Assembly (NCBI GenBank): GCA_027319905.1
Contig: DAHVMJ010000013.1
Location: 1-23,110, forward strand
Origin: Candidatus Micrarchaeota archaeon
GTDB lineage: Archaea > Micrarchaeota > Micrarchaeia > Micrarchaeales > CABMGC01
Length of the DNA stretch: 23,110 nt
Direction: 5' to 3'
The notes beneath the pieces were generated by a model. That model worked only from the letters and a program-made list of their open reading frames with translations. It searched no databases and was not told where the DNA came from. Below, in pieces: positions 1-6,841 of this stretch; the stretch's first letter is position 1, and each line of letters begins with the position of its first letter. The position numbers and the translations under genes were made by a program.

Positions 1-888
1 ATGGAAGACATGCGCCGCAAAAAGAATCCTGCAAAAGCCCAGTCTGCGATGGAGTACCTGATGACCTACGGATGGGCGATACTCATCATAGCCGTGGTCC
101 TGGGAGCGTTATTTCAACTTGGGGTCTTTAACGCTGGCACATTTTCACCACGAGCGCCTCCCGGAGCTTGCCAGGTATTCAGACCCAACGGGCCAGGAAC
201 CTCGTCACTGATAAATCTTGAAGGCGTGTGCAGCGGGGAGCTGCCGCAGTACGTTTCGGTTGTTCAAAACGGCGGCTATTTCAACATACCTTCTTCTTCG
301 CAGACTTTCACGTCATTCACAATATCCCTGTGGGTGACTTCGCCGCCAGGGTCTGCGTGGTATAGAAATTTGGTTGCCGCTGCGCCTTTCAGGTTTGAGC
401 TTACAAACGCAGGCTACCCTCCAAACTATGGCTTAACTTTCTCCTTCAACAGCCTATACAACACAGGCGGCGCATCGTGCGGCCAGTTTTCTACGAACCA
501 GTGGTATGATTTTATGGTAACGTATACGGGCAGCAACGTACTGCTTTACTCTAATGGCGCGCTCGAATGCACAGGTTCCGCAACTCAGAATACCTTATCA
601 ATAAATCAGTTCCACGTGGGGCAAGACGGTCTATCTTACATAGGAAGCGGCGACGACTTTTATGGTTCCATAGCCAACGTGCAGATCTACAACACATCGC
701 TTTCAGGTAACGAGATACAGGCACTCTACCTCGAAGGCATCGGCGGTGCGCCACTGAAGCTGCAGAACCTCGCGGGCTGGTGGCCGCTCAACGGCAACGC
801 GAACGATTACTCTGGCGATAACAACAATGGCGTTCCCATCAGCGTTACCTACACCAACCAGTGGGCATCTGGCTATACATCTCCATAG
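1..888 (+). CDS. Class III signal peptide (pilin-like) surface protein with LamG/ConA-like beta-sandwich domain
   Basis: N-terminus RRKKNPAKA|QSAMEYLMTYGWAILIIAVVLGALF is a basic leader, a prepilin-peptidase site with E at +5 and a hydrophobic helix. LamG motifs: FTISLWV, QWYDFMVTY, LYSNG, FYGSIANVQIYNTSLS, WWPLNGNANDYSG. Start could be ATG 1 or ATG 10 (window edge). Confidence 0.8.
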   Translation: MEDMRRKKNPAKAQSAMEYLMTYGWAILIIAVVLGALFQLGVFNAGTFSPRAPPGACQVFRPNGPGTSSLINLEGVCSGELPQYVSVVQNGGYFNIPSSSQTFTSFTISLWVTSPPGSAWYRNLVAAAPFRFELTNAGYPPNYGLTFSFNSLYNTGGASCGQFSTNQWYDFMVTYTGSNVLLYSNGALECTGSATQNTLSINQFHVGQDGLSYIGSGDDFYGSIANVQIYNTSLSGNEIQALYLEGIGGAPLKLQNLAGWWPLNGNANDYSGDNNNGVPISVTYTNQWASGYTSP

Positions 889-893
889 TCAGA

Positions 894-1946
894 TTACGCC
901 GCTTTTGACTTTCTCTCAAATGCCTTGCCAATAGCTGCTATTCCCTGGAAGTTCTTCAGCTGCGATCCCGCATCGTCATCAGAATTGAATATCACGATCT
1001 CGACTTTCTGCCTGTACGCTGTGTCAAGCAGCGACTTCGCGTCTGCGTCGTTGAGCAGCGAGTCATTCACAAGTATCGTCCCGACCTGATACTGCTCCAG
1101 TGCCTCTCCTATTTTCCCAATGCTGGTAAAGGATGCGCCTACGTTCAGTCCTGCCAGGAAGAGGTTTAGCAGCTCGAACTCCCTTTTCACCTTCTCGTTC
1201 TCCAGCAACTTCGACACGGTGTCGCTCTGTATCGCCTCCCTTATGCCCGACCGTTCCGCGTCGCTGGCCCTGGTGTACGCCACCTTCTTCCCCACGTCTA
1301 TGCGTTTCTCCTCAATGTATTTCTTCAGGTCGTCCTTCATGAAGCCCGGCCCTGCTATAACCACCATATCCACGTTCATGCTGCCAGACTTCTTTATTAT
1401 CTCGTCAAAGTACGCGTCTCTCGCCTTCTCGAAGTCCTGGCGCTTCATGCGCTTGCTCAGCCTGCTGTACACCTCTGTCACCACGTCTATTCCGTATCCG
1501 CGCACGTACGCGAAAGTGGCCTTCTCGTCGTCCAGCGCCACCACCCCAAGCCTCGGTTTCTTCGAGTCAGCCACGGCCTGCTTTATCATGCCAAGCACGT
1601 ATGCCTTCCACTCCCCCTTCCATATCGTTATCGCGTCGCCCTCGCCCACGTTCGTCGTGTGGTAGCCTCCCAGCTTGACGTACTCGAGCGGCCTGCCGCT
1701 TATTATCTTGCCCATCAGCCTGAGCTTCTGCGCGTTCTTGTCTATCTCCACCTTCTCCACGAGCAGCTCTATCACCACCTCCTTCTGCTCTCCCACGTCG
1801 CCCTCGTTTGGCCTGAAGCGCCTGTACGTGCTCGCAGTGACCTTGTCTCCGCCCCCTACTATCCTCGCGAGCAGATAGAGATCGTCGAACGATCCAGGCA
1901 CCAGCTTCAGCTGACCCGTAGCATCGCTGAAACGTATCACCTTCAT
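894..1946 (-). CDS. pelA: Pelota/Dom34 ribosome rescue factor (aRF1 family)
   Basis: 350 aa with LVPGSFDDLYLLARIV, LRLMGKI, GGYHT, IAGPGFMKDD and GSQLKNFQGIAAI, matching the three-domain pelota pattern. Confidence 0.93.
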   Translation of the reverse strand: MKVIRFSDATGQLKLVPGSFDDLYLLARIVGGGDKVTASTYRRFRPNEGDVGEQKEVVIELLVEKVEIDKNAQKLRLMGKIISGRPLEYVKLGGYHTTNVGEGDAITIWKGEWKAYVLGMIKQAVADSKKPRLGVVALDDEKATFAYVRGYGIDVVTEVYSRLSKRMKRQDFEKARDAYFDEIIKKSGSMNVDMVVIAGPGFMKDDLKKYIEEKRIDVGKKVAYTRASDAERSGIREAIQSDTVSKLLENEKVKREFELLNLFLAGLNVGASFTSIGKIGEALEQYQVGTILVNDSLLNDADAKSLLDTAYRQKVEIVIFNSDDDAGSQLKNFQGIAAIGKAFERKSKAA

Positions 1947-1994
1947 ACGCGCACTCTTCGGACAATTGATAAAAGTTGCAGTATAAATACAACT

Positions 1995-2609
1995 ATGTTT
2001 TCTTCGCTGCTGCTAAACATCTTCAGCCTTACCTACGGTGCCGTCACCGCGCTCATCTCCCAGTACAGTTACTATGCGATACTCGTGCTCATGCTGCTTG
2101 AGGCGGCGGCGTTCCCCGTGCCCAGCGAGGTGGTGCTGCCTGCCGTCGGCTATCTCGCCGCGACGAACCAACTGAACCCGCCGCTGAGTTTCGCGGCGGT
2201 GATAATCGGCGGCATAATAGGCATGGGTGTAGATTACTACATAGCCTACTTCCTCGGCAAGGACGTGGTCTACAGGCACCTCTCGCTCTTCCACGTAAAC
2301 AGGGAGCGCCTGGAGGCCTTTGACGACTGGTTCGCGAAGAACGGCGCGTTCGCTGTTTTCATAACCAGACTGGTGCCGCTCGTCCGCGCTCTCATCAACT
2401 TTCCCGCCGGTTTCGCTCAGATGCCAGCCAGGAAGTTCTTCGTGTACTCCATAGCAGGCACGCTCGTGTGGGATGTCCTGCTCATCGGTTTCGGCTACTA
2501 CGCGCTCTCGCTCAACAGCTTCCCCATGGTCATCGCCTCCATCTTCCTGTTCGCGCTTGCGCTTTATGCCGTGTATCACTTCACGATGAAGAGGATAAAG
2601 AAGAAGTAA
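1995..2609 (+). CDS. dedA: DedA/SNARE-associated family membrane protein
   Basis: Motifs LMLLEAAAFPVPSEVVLP, YFLG, WFAKNGAFAVFITRLVPLVRALINFPAG. Start placed at ATG 1995 because the ORF-track start at 1659 overlaps pelota. Confidence 0.92.
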   Translation: MFSSLLLNIFSLTYGAVTALISQYSYYAILVLMLLEAAAFPVPSEVVLPAVGYLAATNQLNPPLSFAAVIIGGIIGMGVDYYIAYFLGKDVVYRHLSLFHVNRERLEAFDDWFAKNGAFAVFITRLVPLVRALINFPAGFAQMPARKFFVYSIAGTLVWDVLLIGFGYYALSLNSFPMVIASIFLFALALYAVYHFTMKRIKKK

Positions 2610-2909
2610 TCAGGCCTTCTTCTCAGAGAGTATGTAGTTCTTCACTACCTTGATTACCTGGTCGATGGCCTTCTTTATGTCCGCCTCTGTCTTCGCGCCT
2701 GTGCAGATTATCTTGCCGTTCTTGAAAAGCAGAAGCGCCACCTTGGGCTCGTGTATCTTGTATATGGCGCCAGGAAACTGCTCCGGCTCGTAGTCTACGT
2801 CTGGCGATGCCTTTGCTATGGCGTAGAGGTCAAGCTCGACTCCCAGGTCGGCGCTGGCCACTATGTTCTCTATCTTGAACTGAGGCTTGAGTGCAACTCG
2901 CTTTGCCAT
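2610..2909 (-). CDS. tbp: TATA-binding-protein family protein with only one TBP repeat (99 aa)
   Basis: IENIVASADLGVELDL, YEPEQFPGAIYK, KVALLLFKNGKIICTGAK is one complete TBP repeat. No second repeat is encoded on either side. Confidence 0.88.
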   Translation of the reverse strand: MAKRVALKPQFKIENIVASADLGVELDLYAIAKASPDVDYEPEQFPGAIYKIHEPKVALLLFKNGKIICTGAKTEADIKKAIDQVIKVVKNYILSEKKA

Positions 2910-2920
2910 ACTATCACGTC

Positions 2921-2951
2921 GTTTATAAACAGGGAAGGTATTTATATACCT
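2921..2951. promoter_or_regulatory. Candidate bidirectional TATA region between divergent tbp-like gene and rpl21e
   Basis: Palindrome GTTTATAAAC (2921-2930) and inverted repeat AGGTAT-TTAT-ATACCT (2936-2951) containing TTTATATA, about 30 nt upstream of the minus-strand start at 2909. Confidence 0.55.
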
Positions 2952-2993
2952 ACTTGCAGTATATCCAGTATTCTGCTATTTGTAGGCGTTAGC

Positions 2994-3281
2994 ATGTCTG
3001 AACGTTCCCACGGTCTCTTCTCTGGCAGGGCAAGGCACCTCGCCAGGCACCACAAGCCGAGCAAGCTTGCGATAGGCAAGCTGCTCAAGAACTTCAACGT
3101 GGGCGACAAAGTGGCGATAGTGCCCAAGGGCGTCTTCAAGGACATACCGCATCCGAGGTACAGGGGGAGAGTGGGCACCGTGACTGGGAAGCGCGGCGGC
3201 GCATACGTCGTCGAACTAATGGTCTCTAACAAGACCAAGCGCACGCTTGTAGTGAACCAGCGGCACCTGGAAAGGCTGTAA
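2994..3281 (+). CDS. rpl21e: 50S ribosomal protein L21e (eL21)
   Basis: MSERSHG, FNVGDKVAI, IPHPRYRGRVGTVTGKRGGAYVV and KRTLVVNQRHL match eL21. 95 aa from ATG 2994. Confidence 0.93.
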   Translation: MSERSHGLFSGRARHLARHHKPSKLAIGKLLKNFNVGDKVAIVPKGVFKDIPHPRYRGRVGTVTGKRGGAYVVELMVSNKTKRTLVVNQRHLERL

Positions 3282-3425
3282 TTACAAAAGACTGCCAGAG
3301 TTAGTGCTTCGGGCTGGAGGACTTTTTGAAGATGTACTGGTCTCAAGATAACAAATTGTTGGGTCAGATTCGCAAATATTACCAATGCTTAAATAAACCG
3401 GGAAGTACAATACATATGTGATAAA

Positions 3426-3566
3426 ATGAGTTTCAAGACAAAAGCGCTGTACGCAGGAGAACTTGCGGTTACGCTGGTTGCCGTGCATATGACAGGAAAT
3501 GCTGCCGTTTCAGTAGGAGGCGGCGTGGCCGTGGCAACCACATTTATCTCGCTTCATCGTCATTAG
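3426..3566 (+). CDS. Putative 46-aa hydrophobic small protein (not in ORF track)
   Basis: MSFKTKALYAGELAVTLVAVHMTGNAAVSVGGGVAVATTFISLHRH*. TATA-like CTTAAATA at ~3388-3395 and GTGAT just before the ATG. Confidence 0.45.
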   Translation: MSFKTKALYAGELAVTLVAVHMTGNAAVSVGGGVAVATTFISLHRH

Positions 3567-3620
3567 GCCGTTAGAAGGCCGCCGCGGTATCGAATCTGAA
3601 TCAGCTGCTGCTCTTTCCTG

Positions 3621-4208
3621 TTATCTCATCTCCCTGCCGTACGGCCTGGTGAGCATATAGAACCGGCTCTCGCCCTTCAGCTCCTCGATTACGCGTTCCG
3701 TCAGCAGTTTCATCGGGTCCTGAAGCAGCGACACCCGCTCGCTTATGTCCTTGAAGCTTGAAAACTCTTTCTCGTCCCGCGCCTTGAGTATGGCGCTGAG
3801 GTGCTTCTTCCCGACGCCAGGCAGCAGCTCAAGTGAATGCATGCGTATGTTGAGCGGCGAAGCCGTGTTGAACACGCCGACGAACTTGGCCTCGTTCTGC
3901 TTTATTATCTCGGCTATGGCTCCTGGCAGCTCGTTCTTCGCGACCTGCGTGAGGTCGTTGTACATTACCCTCGACTTTATCAGCGCGATTTTGTCCCTCT
4001 CCCCCTTTCCTATGTAGACGCGCTCCCTTATCTTTATCTCCGTCACCTTGGGCACAGCCTCCAGCAGCGTGAACTTCGTTTCGCCCACCAGCTGCACCAG
4101 CGGCTCAGGTTTAACAGAAAAGGACTTGCCCGTCGAGAGATAGTCGAGCACCAGGGCGTACTCCTCCAGACCCTCGTGTTCGTGTGTTTCGTGCGTTTCC
4201 TGAATCAT
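3621..4208 (-). CDS. DUF655 family putative nucleic-acid-binding protein (HhH motif)
   Basis: EEYALVLDYL, QLVGETKFTLLE, RVYIGKGERDKI, RMHSLELLPGVGKK, FSSFKDISERV. Lies directly downstream of rpoF, its usual archaeal context. Confidence 0.9.
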   Translation of the reverse strand: MIQETHETHEHEGLEEYALVLDYLSTGKSFSVKPEPLVQLVGETKFTLLEAVPKVTEIKIRERVYIGKGERDKIALIKSRVMYNDLTQVAKNELPGAIAEIIKQNEAKFVGVFNTASPLNIRMHSLELLPGVGKKHLSAILKARDEKEFSSFKDISERVSLLQDPMKLLTERVIEELKGESRFYMLTRPYGREMR

Positions 4209-4251
4209 GATTTGTCACTCTCGCTTGCTGCAAGGCAATTCCACCCTTTTC

Positions 4252-4590
4252 CTATTTGCCCCTAAACTTTTTCACTACTTCCATCATCTTGCCAACCTCG
4301 TCCTCCTCAAAGGTCTTCTTCTCCTTGGCAAGAATGTGCTTGAGCTGCAGGGCTTCGATCGGCATTATGTCTGCTATCTTTATTGCCGTGCCCTCCCCCA
4401 CTCCGTACTCAGTCAGCTCCTTGACCATCTTCTTCGCGTCGGCGGCGCTGATGCCAGAGAACTTCTTTATGTGCTCGTATGCCAGCTTCTGCTCGTATCC
4501 GAGCTCTCCCTCGCCCTTCCTCTCCTCAAGCACCTCCATCGCCTCGGCTGAGGTTACCGGACGCTTATCGCTCTGGCTCTTCCCTATCAT
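4252..4590 (-). CDS. rpoF: DNA-directed RNA polymerase subunit F (Rpo4)
   Basis: MIGK, PVTSAEAMEVL, ELGYEQKLAYEHIKKF, AIKIADIMP. 112 aa, next to DUF655. Confidence 0.92.
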   Translation of the reverse strand: MIGKSQSDKRPVTSAEAMEVLEERKGEGELGYEQKLAYEHIKKFSGISAADAKKMVKELTEYGVGEGTAIKIADIMPIEALQLKHILAKEKKTFEEDEVGKMMEVVKKFRGK

Positions 4591-4616
4591 GCCTCCACAC
4601 CCGAGATTGCTCGTTC

Positions 4617-4629
4617 AAGCTATTTAAAT
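4617..4629. promoter_or_regulatory. Candidate BRE/TATA element between divergent rpoF and moxR
   Basis: AAGCTATTTAAAT, with palindromic ATTTAAAT lying ~20-30 nt from both start codons (4590 minus, 4651 plus). Confidence 0.55.
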
Positions 4630-4650
4630 GCTATGTATCGATATTATAGC

Positions 4651-5568
4651 ATGCCGGATCTGGACGCCAGCGCCGTATACAAGCAGGTCCTGGAGGAGAT
4701 GAAGAAGCACATAGCCGGCAAGATAGAGACAATAGAACTAATGGTCATAGCATTGGTCGCGAACGGCCACACCCTTCTAGAGGGCGTGCCTGGCGTGGCA
4801 AAGACGACGATCACCAAGGCGTTGGCGAGCACGATAGATGCTGATTTCAAGAGGCTTCAGGGCACACCGGACCTCGAGCCCAGGGACATAGTTGGCTATA
4901 CGTATCTCGACACTGACAACTCGGTCAAGCTGACCAGAGGTCCTGTGTTCACGAACATACTCCTCGTTGACGAGCTCAACAGGGCGCCTCCAAAGACAAT
5001 GAGCGCACTTCTCGAGACGCTGGAGGAGCGGCAGGTGAGCCTGGGCGGGTCCACGCTTCCGCTGCTGACTCCCTTCGTGGCCTTCGCCACGCAGAACCCG
5101 CTCACGGTAGAGGGCACGGAGCCGCTACCCAAGGTGCTCGCCGACAGGTTCATCATGAAGATAAGCGTCGACTATCCGAGCATGCAGGAAGAGGAAGAGA
5201 TGCTCCGGATAAAGGAGCGCGAAGAGAAGACGGCTGTGAGGAAGATAATAGGCACAAAAGACGTCATCGAGCTTCAGGCGCAGGCAAAGAAGATAACGCT
5301 GCCAGACGACGTTGCCGAGTACATAACAAAAATAGTCAACGCGACGAGGAAGGACATACACGTGGTGATGGGCGGCAGCCCGAGGGCCGATATCGCATTC
5401 ATGCAGTGCGGCAAGGCGAAGGCGCTGCTGGAAGGCAGGCAGCAGGTCACAAAAGATGACATCAGGTTCTTGGCCAGGCCGGTGCTCAGCCACCGCATAG
5501 CCGTCAGAGCCACGGGCGGCATAGGCGTTCACGGCATAGTAGACGGCATACTCGCCACGCTCAACTAG
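4651..5568 (+). CDS. moxR: MoxR family AAA+ ATPase
   Basis: GHTLLEGVPGVAKT (Walker A), RLQGTPDLEPRDIVG, GPVFTNILLVDELNRAPPKTMSALLE (Walker B), ATQNP, EGTEPLP, DRF, GGSPRA, VLSHRI. ATG 4651 preferred over 4633 because of TATA spacing. Confidence 0.93.
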   Translation: MPDLDASAVYKQVLEEMKKHIAGKIETIELMVIALVANGHTLLEGVPGVAKTTITKALASTIDADFKRLQGTPDLEPRDIVGYTYLDTDNSVKLTRGPVFTNILLVDELNRAPPKTMSALLETLEERQVSLGGSTLPLLTPFVAFATQNPLTVEGTEPLPKVLADRFIMKISVDYPSMQEEEEMLRIKEREEKTAVRKIIGTKDVIELQAQAKKITLPDDVAEYITKIVNATRKDIHVVMGGSPRADIAFMQCGKAKALLEGRQQVTKDDIRFLARPVLSHRIAVRATGGIGVHGIVDGILATLN

Positions 5569-5728
5569 CGTGCGCGTCTTCGTTTTCGCCCCTTTCTCTC
5601 CCTTGTCAGATACACACACTAAACGGACTTTGAAGAGACAAGCAGTACCGTCGCGGAGAGTCGGCCAGCTGATAATTATTGCGCACAATTAAAACCGACG
5701 CTTGCAAATAGCGCAACGCCCTCTTCGG

Positions 5729-6043
5729 TTAGACCTGCATACCGCTGAGGAGCTTCATAAGTTCGCCAAACACCACTTTCTTCCGCTCCCTGCTCAGCCT
5801 GAAAAGCGGCTTTGAAAGCATGTCTTCGCTGACCGTGAACACGTAGTTCAGCTTTACCGTGCTGTCCATCTGCACTCCCTCCTTCTTCGGCAGAGGTATG
5901 CCCTTCGCATAGGGGTTCGCCGTTATTCCGGCGACGACCACGTTGTTGAACTCCTCGTAGAGCACTACAGCAAGCCGTTTCTTCTCTTCGCCAAATTCGC
6001 TTAGCTTTGCGGTTACTACCACCACGTCCCCGGAATTATACAT
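5729..6043 (-). CDS. PemK/MazF-family endoribonuclease toxin
   Basis: 104 aa with GDVVVV, KKRLAVVL (R-P-A-V-V-like motif, Arg retained), VVVAGIT (Thr retained), DSTVKLNYVFTV. Overlaps the upstream small gene by 8 nt. Confidence 0.8.
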   Translation of the reverse strand: MYNSGDVVVVTAKLSEFGEEKKRLAVVLYEEFNNVVVAGITANPYAKGIPLPKKEGVQMDSTVKLNYVFTVSEDMLSKPLFRLSRERKKVVFGELMKLLSGMQV

Positions 6044-6266
6044 CGCCTACCACCTCATCCTCAGCGTTCTCCCATAGCTCCGCCATTCTCTTCTGTTGAG
6101 TACGCTTGATGAACTCAATGTAGGCATCGTTCATACGTTCGCTCTTCGCAAATGCTATGAGGTCAGATATTATCTCGCTGTATGTCTGCCTATCGTATTT
6201 CTTCAGCTTGCTCAGGTCTCTCACGAGCGATTTCTTTAACTGTATCGTCGTTATATCGTCTTTCAT
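6036..6266 (-). CDS. Putative antitoxin, ribbon-helix-helix-like
   Basis: 76 aa. ITTIQLKKSLVRDLSKLK...TYSEIISDLI fits a strand-helix-helix pattern, with acidic tail LWENAEDEVV. Directly upstream of and overlapping the toxin. Confidence 0.72.
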   Translation of the reverse strand: MKDDITTIQLKKSLVRDLSKLKKYDRQTYSEIISDLIAFAKSERMNDAYIEFIKRTQQKRMAELWENAEDEVVGDV

Positions 6267-6352
6267 TATATGTCAACTATAACTTACTATAGCAAAAATA
6301 TAATAAATATACAGTCCTTTCTGATCTCTGAGATCCTTCCGGATAGCATAGA

Positions 6353-6364
6353 AAGCTATTTAAA
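6353..6364 (+). promoter_or_regulatory. Candidate BRE/TATA promoter of the pilin-like gene
   Basis: AAGCTATTTAAA, identical to 4617-4628, about 33 nt before ATG 6397. Confidence 0.5.
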
Positions 6365-6396
6365 ACAACACAGTGCTATCCTATGAGAAAAAGTGG

Positions 6397-6774
6397 ATGA
6401 ATATGGCCCTCAATAAACTGCAGATACTGCTTTGGGGAATCACGGCACTCAGCATAACCTCGGTTGTTTTTGGAGACAGTCTGCTGAGCTCTCTTTCGGT
6501 AACGCTCTGCGGTTTCGTCACGGGCATACGCACTGTAATAGGTGCACTTGCGCTTGCGCTTTTCCTGATAGGCGGCGTTCTATACGCAATAGCCCACTTC
6601 CTTCCAACGTCGCTTGACTACAGGAAGAACCTGATAGGCTGGTCAACAGCGATGATAGTAGGAGGCATAATCGGTCTCATAGTCGTGATACTGGCGCAGC
6701 CGCTCATAAGCACCTTCACTGGCATAGGAACCAGCGTGGGAGGTGTGATCGGAGCCAACGCGATCACGTGCTGA
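6397..6774 (+). CDS. VirB2/TrbC/CedA1-like pilin
   Basis: ~125 aa: signal-like helix, then two hydrophobic helices (IGALALALFLIGGVLYAIAHFLP and WSTAMIVGGIIGLIVVILAQP) separated by a short basic loop (DYRKN). This is the topology of conjugative-type pilins. No class III cleavage motif. Start may be 6373, 6397 or 6403. Confidence 0.62.
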   Translation: MNMALNKLQILLWGITALSITSVVFGDSLLSSLSVTLCGFVTGIRTVIGALALALFLIGGVLYAIAHFLPTSLDYRKNLIGWSTAMIVGGIIGLIVVILAQPLISTFTGIGTSVGGVIGANAITC

Positions 6775-6841
6775 TTACAGCGCGGATTGGCCTCGTGTAA
6801 ATGACTGCTGGCTTAAATAGTTAAGCTGCAGAGTGGAAACC

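Noticed and set aside
1659..1994. N-terminal extension of the DedA ORF (316 aa in the track)
   Set aside because: Overlaps pelota on the opposite strand. DedA-like sequence starts at ATG 1995.
2751..2993. N-terminal extension of the rpl21e ORF (176 aa in the track)
   Set aside because: Antisense to the TBP-like gene and runs through the promoter spacer. eL21 similarity starts at ATG 2994.
3282..3488. 68-aa minus-strand ORF, or a possible ncRNA, in the rpl21e-DUF655 gap
   Set aside because: No recognisable motif or initiation signal, overlaps the better supported + strand microprotein, and no tRNA cloverleaf or convincing stable structure was seen.
5569..5728. 160-nt gap between moxR and the toxin as a possible tRNA or att site
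   Set aside because: No tRNA T-loop/acceptor pattern or flanking direct repeat found. Only a pyrimidine-rich, terminator-like tract, too weak to call.
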